In this document: positions 56,211 through 63,969 of the stretch, piece by piece
Numbering within the stretch: the first letter of the stretch is position 1
Layout of the letters: each line of letters starts with the position of its first letter
Origin: Thermoanaerobaculia bacterium
GTDB taxonomy: Bacteria; Acidobacteriota; Thermoanaerobaculia; Multivoradales; UBA5704
Assembly: GCA_035490435.1 (NCBI GenBank)
Contig: DATHEF010000069.1
Span: 8,180 to 72,179 of the forward strand
Direction: 5' to 3'
DNA length: 64,000 nucleotides
The notes under the pieces: generated by a model
The model's database searches: none
Told to the model about the DNA's origin: nothing
The model's input: only the letters and a program-made list of their open reading frames with translations
Translations under genes and position numbers: made by a program

Positions 56211-57506
56211 GTGATCGCCGAGCTCTGGCGGCGCCTCGGCAACCCGAAACCGGAGCACACGCGCAAGCTCGTCCATCTCGGCGGCGGCATCGCCTGCCTG
56301 TTCTTCCCCTTTCTCGTCCGCTCCCCCTGGGTGGTGCTGGCGATGTCGCTGCCGCTCACCGCGCTGTTCGTGGCCGGCAGCCGCTTCGGGTTCTTGAAGA
56401 GCCTGCACGGCATCGGCCGCCGGAGCCGCGGGGCGGAGTACTACCCGCTCTCGGTTTTCCTGGTCTTCCTGATGACCCCGGGCCGCCCCTGGCTCTACCT
56501 CGCGGCGGTGCTGGTGCTCGCCGTGGGCGACGCCTTCGCCGCCCTGATCGGCAGCCGCTACGGGGTGATCCGCTACGAGGTCGAGGACGAGCGGAAGAGC
56601 CTCGAGGGGTCGCTGGTCTTCCTGGTGATCGCCTTCCTCGCCATCCACCTGCCGGTCCTGCTGCTGACCGACCTTCCCCGCCCGGTCTGCGTGCTGGCGG
56701 CGCTGCTGGTGGCGGCGCTGGTGACCGGCTTCGAGGCGATCTCGCTCGAAGGGGCGGACAACCTGTTCATCCCCCTCGCCGTGGTGGTGATCCTGGGCAA
56801 GATCACCACCAAGCCGCTCTCCGAGGTGATTTTCCAGAATCTCTCGCTGCTTGCCATCTGCCTGGGGGTGGGGCTCGCGGCCTGGCGCTTCCGCTCCTTC
56901 AACGTCGGCGGCGCGATCACCTTTATCCTCTTCGCCTACGGCACTTGGTCGCTCGGCTCGTGGATGTGGTCGCTGCCGGTGTTCCTGGGCTTCGCCGGCT
57001 ACCTGGCGGCATGGCTCCGCTTCGCCCCGCCCGGCCATGGCTCGGGTCTCAAGGTGCGGACCGTAGTGCGGGCCCTGCTGCCGCCGTTCTCCATGCTCGT
57101 GCTGTCGAACAGCCTGGCCCGGAACGAATTCTTCTTCGCCCCCTACCTGGCCGCCAGCGCCGCCGTGCTCGCCTTCAGCCTCGATACCGGCGTCTTCCGC
57201 CTGGAACGCCGCCGGAGCGGCCCGCTCGCCGCGCTCGGCGTCGCCCTTTTCGGCACCACCCTCGCCGTGGTGGGACCCTGCATCGGACACTGGCAGGCGC
57301 CGTGGAAGCCGCTGCTGGCGATCCTGGCGACCACCGCGGTCGCCACCCTCGCGAACGCCACCATCGAGCTGCGCGATCCAGCGGCCAGCCGGAGCCGCGA
57401 CTGGACCGCCTGGCGCTTCCTGCTGAGCTTCGCCGCGGCGGGCGCGATCCTGGGCTTGCAGGCGCTGGGGATGATCCCCCTGTGGGACCCGGGATCGGGC
57501 CGGTAG
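56211..57506 (+). CDS. polytopic membrane protein with a CTP-dependent polyprenol/diacylglycerol kinase-like (VTE5/Sec59/CdsA superfamily) N-terminal half
   Basis: RKLVHLGGGIACLFF..., AVGDAFAALIGSRYG and KSLEGSLVFLVIAF, plus ~200 aa of extra TM helices. The GTG start at 56211 is uncertain, because the frame stays open back to the upstream stop at 56149-56151. Confidence 0.65.
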   Translation: MIAELWRRLGNPKPEHTRKLVHLGGGIACLFFPFLVRSPWVVLAMSLPLTALFVAGSRFGFLKSLHGIGRRSRGAEYYPLSVFLVFLMTPGRPWLYLAAVLVLAVGDAFAALIGSRYGVIRYEVEDERKSLEGSLVFLVIAFLAIHLPVLLLTDLPRPVCVLAALLVAALVTGFEAISLEGADNLFIPLAVVVILGKITTKPLSEVIFQNLSLLAICLGVGLAAWRFRSFNVGGAITFILFAYGTWSLGSWMWSLPVFLGFAGYLAAWLRFAPPGHGSGLKVRTVVRALLPPFSMLVLSNSLARNEFFFAPYLAASAAVLAFSLDTGVFRLERRRSGPLAALGVALFGTTLAVVGPCIGHWQAPWKPLLAILATTAVATLANATIELRDPAASRSRDWTAWRFLLSFAAAGAILGLQALGMIPLWDPGSGR

Positions 57507-57560
57507 GCGCCGATCTGCTATAGGATTTCAGGATTCGTCTTGACCTCCGGAGAACCAAAC

Positions 57561-58171
57561 ATGCCCGAGATCCAGTGGCGCGACCAGCTCCAACCCTCTC
57601 TCGCGGAGGGCGCGAGGCCAGGAAACCGCTCCTCCTCTACTTCTGGACCCCCGAGTGACTGGGCTGCCGAAAAATGGGTGCCGTGACGTACCCACACGAG
57701 CAGGTCGCTGAGTTCGTCTCGGAGCGCTTCGTCGCCCTCAAGTTCAACGTCAAGGAGCCCCATCCGGACTTCAAGGAAGCGCTCGGCCGCGGCAAAGTGC
57801 TGTGGGCCCCGCTGCTCGTCTTCCTCGATGGCCGCGGCAGCGAGCTGCGGCGCTACGTGGGGTTCCTGCCACCCGACGAGTTCCTGGCCGAGCTGCGGCT
57901 CGTTATCGGGCTCTCCGAGATGACCCACGCCAACTTCCAGGAGGCGCTGCGCTGGTTCGACAGCGCGGCGGACGACTACCCCGAGTCGAGCGCCGCTCCC
58001 GAGGCGCTCTTCTGGGCCGCCGGGGCCGCCTACCGGCTCGAAGGCCTCGCCGGCGTGGTCAGCCGCTGGGACGACCTCCGCGCCCGCTATCCCGAGACCA
58101 CCTGGGCCCGCCGCGCCGACGTGGTGCCGGACGACGTGCGGATCAAGATCGCCGTGGAAACGGCCGGATGA
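57561..58171 (+). CDS. thioredoxin-fold (Thioredoxin_7-like) plus TPR-like protein, interrupted by a frame change near 57621-57625 and an in-frame TGA at 57656-57658 (candidate Sec in a UxxC motif, or a pseudogene)
   Basis: ATG 57561 has a GGAG Shine-Dalgarno sequence and gives MPEIQWRDQLQPSLAEGARPG in frame A. The -1 frame then reads KPLLLYFWTPE-TGA-LGCRKMGAVTYPHEQVAEFVSERFVALKFNVKE..., continuous with track ORF 57674..58171. Confidence 0.6.
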
Positions 58172-58221
58172 GCGACCCCGGCCGCCACGATAGCCCCCGT
58201 ATTCCCTTATACTTCAAACAT

Positions 58222-58494
58222 ATGCTTGGTAAGTCACTGACCCTCACCCTCCCGATTGCCTTGGTGAAAGAGATTGAGACACTCCACCAGGATCTCCTCG
58301 TCGAGTTGCTTCAAAGAGGTCTGCAAGAGGTCAAGATCGATCGGGCGCTCGACCTGTACATCCATGGCGGTCTTTCCTTTGGAGCCGCCGCGGAGCGGGC
58401 TGGAGTGTCTCAATCGGAGCTTTCCCGCCGTGCCTATGCCCGGGGCATAGAGCCCTCCTTCAGCGCCACGACGCTGGCCGAAGAGCTTGGCTGA
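58222..58494 (+). CDS. UPF0175-family antitoxin-like protein (orphan)
   Basis: MLGKSLTLTLPIALVKEIE...ALDLYIHGGLSFGAAAERAGVSQSELSRRAYARGI. This is the in-frame tail of track ORF 57802..58494. Local GC is low. Confidence 0.7.
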   Translation: MLGKSLTLTLPIALVKEIETLHQDLLVELLQRGLQEVKIDRALDLYIHGGLSFGAAAERAGVSQSELSRRAYARGIEPSFSATTLAEELG

Positions 58495-58693
58495 CCGTCC
58501 TTGCGACTCGTTCTCGTCAATGCCGGAGCAACTCAAGCAAGAACACTGAGCCCCATCTCCCCGGCTCGCTCCACCCCCTCCAGAGCACCACTCTAAGCAA
58601 GGGCATCGTCCCCCTCCCTTTCTTTCTTATCTGGTGCTTGGTCGGAAGCCGCAAATAGCTGCGGCGTTCCGTGATTGTTTGGAGGAGTGTTCA

Positions 58694-59788
58694 ATGACAA
58701 GACGTAGCGGAATCATGTTCCTGTTTGTAGCCGTGGCCACGTTCCTGGCGTTCGCGTCCTCGGCGTCGGCCGGGGTGCGTGGCCTCACCACGACGATCGA
58801 GTCGCAGCAGAGCTTCGTCGGCGTGTCGGACGACGCGGTCCTCAAGGTCACCTACACCAACAGCTCCAGGGAGGACATCTACCTCCTCCGCTGGCAGACC
58901 GCTCTCAAGGGCCTTGACGAGAACATCTTCGACGTGCGCCGCGACGGCAAGCCGGTCGCCTACACCGGCCGCCTCTATAAGCGCGCCACCCCGCGGGCCG
59001 AGGACTATGTCCGCATCCCGGCCGGCGGCTCCGTCTCCGCCAATGTCGAGCTGTCGAGCGTCTACGACCTGTCGCGCACCGGCGAGTACGCGATCCGCTA
59101 TCAGGTGCTGGTGCAGGACGGCCTGCGGGTGGACAACGCCAAAATCTCCGGATTCGCGGCGCTCCGCAATCTGGAGTCGAACGTGGTGTTCCTCGGAGTC
59201 GAGCGCAACGAGCGCGCCGTCGGCGCGGTCGAGACGCTGGTCCAGATCAACGAGGCCGTCCAAGGTGAGAAGGCCCTGACACCCAGCTACGTGAGCTGCT
59301 CCAGCACGCGCCAGAGCTCGCTGGTCACGGCCCTCAACAACGCCCAGGGGCTCGCGCAGCGGTCCCGTGACTATCTGAACGCCGTCCCCTCCGCCTCCCG
59401 CGGCACCGACAGCAACTACAAGACCTGGTTCGGCGCCTACACCTCGAGCCGCTACGCGGAGGTGACGGGCGACTACGTCAACATCTACAGCGCCATGTCC
59501 ACCAAGGCGTTCGTCTTCTATTGCGACTGCACGGACAGCTCCTACGCCTACGTGTACGCCAACCAGCCGTACAAGGTGCACCTGTGCGGCGCCTTCTGGA
59601 ACGCCCCGGCGACGGGCACCGACTCCAAGGCGGGCACGCTGATCCACGAGACCAGCCACTTCTCCGTCGTCGCCGGCACCCAGGACTACGCCTACGGCCA
59701 GACCGCCTGCAGGAACCTGGCGATCTCGAACCCGACCCGGGCCGTCAACAACGCCGACAGCCACGAGTACTTCGCCGAGCCCCGCTGA
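58694..59788 (+). CDS. secreted M35 (aspzincin) peptidyl-Lys metalloendopeptidase with an N-terminal prodomain
   Basis: Shine-Dalgarno GGAGGAG, then MTRRSGIMFLFVAVATFLAFASSASA as signal peptide. The catalytic motifs are HETSH (HExxH) followed by GTQDYAYG (aspzincin GTxDxxYG). Confidence 0.9.
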   Translation: MTRRSGIMFLFVAVATFLAFASSASAGVRGLTTTIESQQSFVGVSDDAVLKVTYTNSSREDIYLLRWQTALKGLDENIFDVRRDGKPVAYTGRLYKRATPRAEDYVRIPAGGSVSANVELSSVYDLSRTGEYAIRYQVLVQDGLRVDNAKISGFAALRNLESNVVFLGVERNERAVGAVETLVQINEAVQGEKALTPSYVSCSSTRQSSLVTALNNAQGLAQRSRDYLNAVPSASRGTDSNYKTWFGAYTSSRYAEVTGDYVNIYSAMSTKAFVFYCDCTDSSYAYVYANQPYKVHLCGAFWNAPATGTDSKAGTLIHETSHFSVVAGTQDYAYGQTACRNLAISNPTRAVNNADSHEYFAEPR

Positions 59789-59801
59789 GCCCGGCAACTG
59801 G

Positions 59802-59829
59802 ACGCGGGCGGAGCTCTCCGCCCGCGTTT
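59802..59829 (+). terminator. GC-rich hairpin plus TTT downstream of the M35 protease gene
   Basis: ACGCGGGCGGAG-ct-CTCCGCCCGCGT followed by TTT. It is 14 nt after the stop and 27 nt before the lipoprotein ATG. Confidence 0.55.
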
Positions 59830-59855
59830 CCCCCTGCTCGGGATAGACTGCGCGG

Positions 59856-60407
59856 ATGCGGAAGCCCGCCCTCTTCTCCCTGACCCTCCTCGCTCTCCTC
59901 TCCGCTGCCTGCTGGATGAAACCCCACGCTCCTCTCGATGCTGATCACCCCCTGGAGTGCCGCGTGGAGGCGGCGCGCCCGCGCATCGCCGGCGCGCCGA
60001 TCGCGATGCGCTTTCAGTTGACGAACCGCTCGGAGCAGCCGCTCTGGATGCTGCGCTGGAACACGCCCTGGGACGGCTGGAGGGGAACGATCTTCGACGT
60101 GAGCTTCGAGGGGCAGGATCTCCCCTATCAGGGCGCGATGACAAAGCGGGGCGATCCCACCGCCCAGGAGTACGTGAAGATCCGTGCCGGGGAATCGATG
60201 ATCATCGGCCTCGACCTCGCCCAGGCCTACGACATGAGCAAGCCCGGCACCTACAAGGTGAAGGTCGTCGGCAACCTGCAGGACGTGATCAAGGACGGCA
60301 CCAACCCGCCACGCCCGCGGGATCGCTTTCAGCCGATGGAGCTGAAGTGCGAAGAGCTGACCCTGGAGGTCGTGAAGGGGGAAGTGGCGCCGAAGGTCAA
60401 TTATTGA
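59856..60407 (+). CDS. lipoprotein homologous to the M35 protease prodomain (candidate trans inhibitor or immunity protein)
   Basis: Lipobox LLSAAC. The segment FQLTNRSEQPLWMLRWNTPWDGWRGTIFDVSFEGQDLPYQGAMTKRGDPTAQEYVKIRAGES...YDMSKPGTYKV aligns by eye with the protease segment VTYTNSSREDIYLLRWQTALKGLDENIFDVRRDGKPVAYTGRLYKRATPRAEDYVRIPAGGS...YDLSRTGEYAI. Confidence 0.8.
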   Translation: MRKPALFSLTLLALLSAACWMKPHAPLDADHPLECRVEAARPRIAGAPIAMRFQLTNRSEQPLWMLRWNTPWDGWRGTIFDVSFEGQDLPYQGAMTKRGDPTAQEYVKIRAGESMIIGLDLAQAYDMSKPGTYKVKVVGNLQDVIKDGTNPPRPRDRFQPMELKCEELTLEVVKGEVAPKVNY

Positions 60408-60436
60408 TCTTACCTGACCAGCCGAGGCGAACTGCA

Positions 60437-60898
60437 ATGTGGACGGTCTACCTGGAAACAACAATTCCAAGCTACCTCGCGGGTCGCCCAAGCCGCGATT
60501 TGATCGTTGCTGCGCATCAACAGATCACTCAGGAGTGGTGGAGCCGGGCAAAAGAGAGCTTCTCTCTCTACATATCCGAAGCAGTTCTCGAAGAAATCCG
60601 GGCCGGCGATCCGGAGATGGCGACTCGGCGGCTAGAAATCGTCTCAGGACTGCCTGTCCTCGGTATCCGCGATGATGTCCGTAGTCTGGTCCGTGTCTAC
60701 CACGGACAGCTTGGATTGCCTCCTCAGGCAGGAGCCGACCTGGTCCATATCGCAATTGCGGTGGCTTACGAGGTCGACTACCTGGTTACGTGGAACTGCA
60801 AACACATCGCGAACGGGCAGGTGATTCGTCGCTTGCTTGAGCTGAACCGGAAACTCGGCCGATCGACCCCTGTCATCGTGACCCCTGAAGAGTTATGA
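60437..60898 (+). CDS. PIN-like domain protein (putative type II toxin)
   Basis: MWTVYLETTIPSY...EAVLEEI...DLVHIAIAVAYEVDYLVTWNCKHIAN. This is the in-frame tail of track ORF 59957..60898. GC is lower than elsewhere. Confidence 0.65.
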   Translation: MWTVYLETTIPSYLAGRPSRDLIVAAHQQITQEWWSRAKESFSLYISEAVLEEIRAGDPEMATRRLEIVSGLPVLGIRDDVRSLVRVYHGQLGLPPQAGADLVHIAIAVAYEVDYLVTWNCKHIANGQVIRRLLELNRKLGRSTPVIVTPEEL

Positions 60899-61104
60899 TG
60901 ACTTGGAGGATGATTATGGCCAACTCACGCTTTAGCGATCCCTTCGTCGACGAGGTCCATGAAATTCGGGAAAAGCTCCTCCAGGAGTGCGACGGGGACC
61001 TCGAAAAGCTGATGGACTGCCTGCAACTCAGGGAGAAAGAGGACCGTCCTCGGGTCGTGAGGGACCTGAAAGAAGTCAAAGCTCCGTCAGACAGACGGAG
61101 CTGA
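60895..61104 (+). CDS. small partner protein of the PIN-like gene (antitoxin-like)
   Basis: It has an ATGA overlap with the PIN-like gene. SDPFVDEVHEIREKLLQECDGDLEKLMDCL resembles small proteins that accompany this PIN-like family, an assignment from memory. Confidence 0.5.
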   Translation: MMTWRMIMANSRFSDPFVDEVHEIREKLLQECDGDLEKLMDCLQLREKEDRPRVVRDLKEVKAPSDRRS

Positions 61105-63837
61105 ATTCTCCACCCGCACCGTCCCGGTCCCTCCATCCATAGTAACTCTCTGCCCGGTCTTCAGCGTTCCCACCAGCCCCGCGATTCCCACGATGGTGGG
61201 AATCCCCATCTCCCGGGCCACGATGGCGGAGTGGGAGAGGATGCTGCCGCGCTCGATCAGCAATCCTGAGACCGACGGGTAGAGCGGCACCCAGCCGGGA
61301 TCGGTGCGCTCGGCGACCAGGATCTCGCCGTCGAGGCGGGCGTCCTCGTTCGGGGTGCGGAGGACTTTGACAGGACCGGTCACGATCCCCGGGCAGCAGC
61401 CGGTGCCGCGGAGGACTCCGGGCTCGGCGTTGAGCGCCGCTTGTGGGCGCCCTTTGAAGAGGTTCCTGTGGTACGGCAGCCCGAAGGTCTCGAAGCGGTC
61501 GGCCGGCGGGTCCATGCGGCGGTAGGCGTCAAACTCCTCGCGGCGCAGGGCGGCGAGGCCGCGGAGGTTCGTGGTGACCGCCCGCCCCTTGGTGAAGTCC
61601 CAGACCTCGTCGAGCGTCAGAGAGAAGACGTCGTCCGCGCGATCGAGGAGGCCGGCTTCCGCGAAGTCCTCCCCCACCGCCCGCAGCAGCTCGCGCAGCA
61701 GACCGTAGATGCGCGTGCGGGCGAAACGGAGGTTCTCCCGATTCTTCACCCCCAGCCGGGCGTTTTGCAGCACGCGGCGAAAGATCCAGCGCCGCGGCGC
61801 GCTCCGGATGGCCTGAAAAGCTTTCTTTTCCGCCTCGCGGCGGATGTTCCCCTCCCGCTGCTCCATCGCCGCCGCGTCCATCCCCGCCGGGTCTTCGGCG
61901 GCCAGATAGTTGCGGAGGATCTGATAGAGGAAGGCCGGGCGATCCTTGAGCGAGAGCTCCTCCAGCTTCAGCTCGTTGACGCAGCGGAAGCCATAGAGGT
62001 CGAGATAGCGGCGGATGCCCGCCGCGAAATCCACGAACCGCGAATCGCCTGGCACCTCGCGGGCGAGATCCTCGGGCGATCCTTCCAGGAGCAGCCGCCG
62101 CAACTCGGGATCCTGCCGGGCCTGGGCGGCGAGGGCAAGGAGCATCTTCGTGGGCTCGGTGCTCTCGATGCCCCCCTCGCCGCAGATGAGGTCGTTCTGC
62201 AGCGAGCCGGACTCGTCCCCGCACCAGGAAACGCAGAGCTTCTTGAGCATGCCGTAGAAGATCATCACGAAAAAATCGTTGATGATTGGCGCCTTCCACT
62301 CCCAGAGGAGCTTCTCCTCCATCTCGCGATAGAGGGCCGCCAGCTCGTGCGGCGGCATGGCGCGGAAGTCCATCGCCGACCAGCGCTCGTAGTGCTCGCG
62401 GAAGTGCGCCTGAAAATCCCCTACGATGCGGCGGATGTGGAAGAAATTCCGCGCCGAGCGCCCCACTAGGCGCAGCAGAGCCGGCAGCTCGACCGTGTAG
62501 CGCTGGAGCCCCGAGGTCCGCGCCGGCGGCTCGGCATCAGGACGGGCGGGCTCGCGGACGCCCATCATCGACTCCATGAAGCTCTTGTTGTAGTTGAAGC
62601 CGGGGAAGAGCCGCACCAGCCGGTACCAGTTGAAAAGGTTGTAATAGACCTGCCCGCGGAACAGGCCGAGCATGTTCTCGAAGACCTCGCGATTCGCTCG
62701 CACGGTCCGTGCGTCGATCCCCATCACCTCCGCGAAGCAGTGATAGACGATCGAATAGGCCCGGCGGATGAAGCTGAAGGTCATCGGCGAGGTCACGCCC
62801 GAGTAGCTCTCGATGATGTTCGAGTTGTCCCAGATCAGCCCGTTGCCGGCGGCGGGGCCGATCTCCTCGACCATCGTCACCGGCCGCGCCTGGAGCAGGA
62901 ACGAACGCCCCTCCGCGTCGACGGCGAACTCGATATCCTGCGGCCAGCGGTAGTGGCGCTCGACGGCGATGCCCAGACGGGCGAGGGAGAGGGTCTCCTC
63001 GCGGGAGAGGCTGCTCCGCTCCTGGAGATCCCCCGGCACGGGGACGCGCACCAGCCCGCCGCCGGCCTCGCGGTCGAGGACGAGCTGCTCCGTCTTCGGC
63101 GCCAGCGTCTCCGCGACCTCCAGGGTCTCCTTGTCGACGACGTAGGTGTCCGCGTCGAGCCCCGCGCTCACCAAGCCCTCGCCGGCGCCCCAGAGCGAGC
63201 TGATCACCACCTCGTGGACGCTCCCGGTGTTCGGGTTGGCCGTGAACAGGACGCCGCTCGTCCGCGCCTCGACCATGCGCTGAACCACCACCGCGACGGC
63301 AATGCCGTCGAGCGAGATCCCCTTCGCCCGACGGTACGCCAGGGCGCGCTCGTTGTAGGCGGACGCCCAGACCTTGCGGATCGATTCCAGGATCTCCCTC
63401 CGCCCGCGGACGAAGAGGAAGCTGTCGTGCAGTCCGGCGAAGGACTCCCCCGCCGCATCCTCCCCCGCCGCCGAGGAGCGGACGGCCACGAAGGCGTCCT
63501 CCCCGATCCGAGAGGTATGGGCGACGGCAATCGCCTCCTCGAGGCCCAAGGGAAGATCGAGAGCGAGGATCCAGGAGCGGATCTCGGCGGAAGCCGCGCT
63601 GAAATTCACCTCTCCGTCCAAGCGGGAGGCGATACGACCGCGCAGATCGCCCAGGGCGCTCTCGAAAGTTCCGATCGTGATCGCGTACCAGGGAGGGACC
63701 GGCAGGCCCAGCGCTTCGAGCCGGGCGAGATTGGCGGCCTTGCCGCCCAGCCCGGGTTCGATCCGCGTGGAAAGGCTCGATCCGCCTGAAGGGTACCAGG
63801 TCCCCCCTTCTGGGCTCTCGGAGATCATGGCCGGCAC
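61087..63837 (-). CDS. PEP-utilising phosphotransferase: N-terminal PPDK_N ATP-grasp plus C-terminal swivel phosphohistidine domain (rifampin-phosphotransferase-like architecture)
   Basis: GGKAANLARLEALGLPVPPWYAI at the N-terminus. The extreme C-terminus is GIVTGPVKVL...ILVAERTDPGWVPLYPSVSGLLIERGSILSHSAIVAREMGIPTIVG. Confidence 0.88.
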   Translation of the reverse strand: MPAMISESPEGGTWYPSGGSSLSTRIEPGLGGKAANLARLEALGLPVPPWYAITIGTFESALGDLRGRIASRLDGEVNFSAASAEIRSWILALDLPLGLEEAIAVAHTSRIGEDAFVAVRSSAAGEDAAGESFAGLHDSFLFVRGRREILESIRKVWASAYNERALAYRRAKGISLDGIAVAVVVQRMVEARTSGVLFTANPNTGSVHEVVISSLWGAGEGLVSAGLDADTYVVDKETLEVAETLAPKTEQLVLDREAGGGLVRVPVPGDLQERSSLSREETLSLARLGIAVERHYRWPQDIEFAVDAEGRSFLLQARPVTMVEEIGPAAGNGLIWDNSNIIESYSGVTSPMTFSFIRRAYSIVYHCFAEVMGIDARTVRANREVFENMLGLFRGQVYYNLFNWYRLVRLFPGFNYNKSFMESMMGVREPARPDAEPPARTSGLQRYTVELPALLRLVGRSARNFFHIRRIVGDFQAHFREHYERWSAMDFRAMPPHELAALYREMEEKLLWEWKAPIINDFFVMIFYGMLKKLCVSWCGDESGSLQNDLICGEGGIESTEPTKMLLALAAQARQDPELRRLLLEGSPEDLAREVPGDSRFVDFAAGIRRYLDLYGFRCVNELKLEELSLKDRPAFLYQILRNYLAAEDPAGMDAAAMEQREGNIRREAEKKAFQAIRSAPRRWIFRRVLQNARLGVKNRENLRFARTRIYGLLRELLRAVGEDFAEAGLLDRADDVFSLTLDEVWDFTKGRAVTTNLRGLAALRREEFDAYRRMDPPADRFETFGLPYHRNLFKGRPQAALNAEPGVLRGTGCCPGIVTGPVKVLRTPNEDARLDGEILVAERTDPGWVPLYPSVSGLLIERGSILSHSAIVAREMGIPTIVGIAGLVGTLKTGQRVTMDGGTGTVRVENSAPSV

Positions 63838-63969
63838 GCCCGCAATTTAGCATGGGGCTGAAGTCCCGCGCGCGTTCATCCCCGCCTTGCGCCCAGATCC
63901 AAAACGTGGCACCCTTTCCTTATCCAAGCAAAGCACTATGAACTCAGGTTCTCTTGAGGAGGCGATTTC

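Noticed and set aside
57518-57928. 136-aa minus-strand ORF opposite the thioredoxin-fold gene.
   Set aside because: It is antisense to a plus-strand frame with clear Thioredoxin_7/TPR-like sequence, and it has no motif or RBS.
58495-58600. A possible PIN/DUF3368 toxin downstream of the UPF0175 antitoxin (frame reading LRLVLVNAGATQARTLSPIS...).
   Set aside because: Only about 33 codons are open before a stop, and no PIN acidic residues are recognisable. At best it is a degraded remnant.
63907-63922. Sigma-54-like TGGCAC element upstream of the last partial gene.
   Set aside because: The -12 GC dinucleotide is missing at the required spacing (TGGCACCCTTTCCTTA), so this is probably a chance match.
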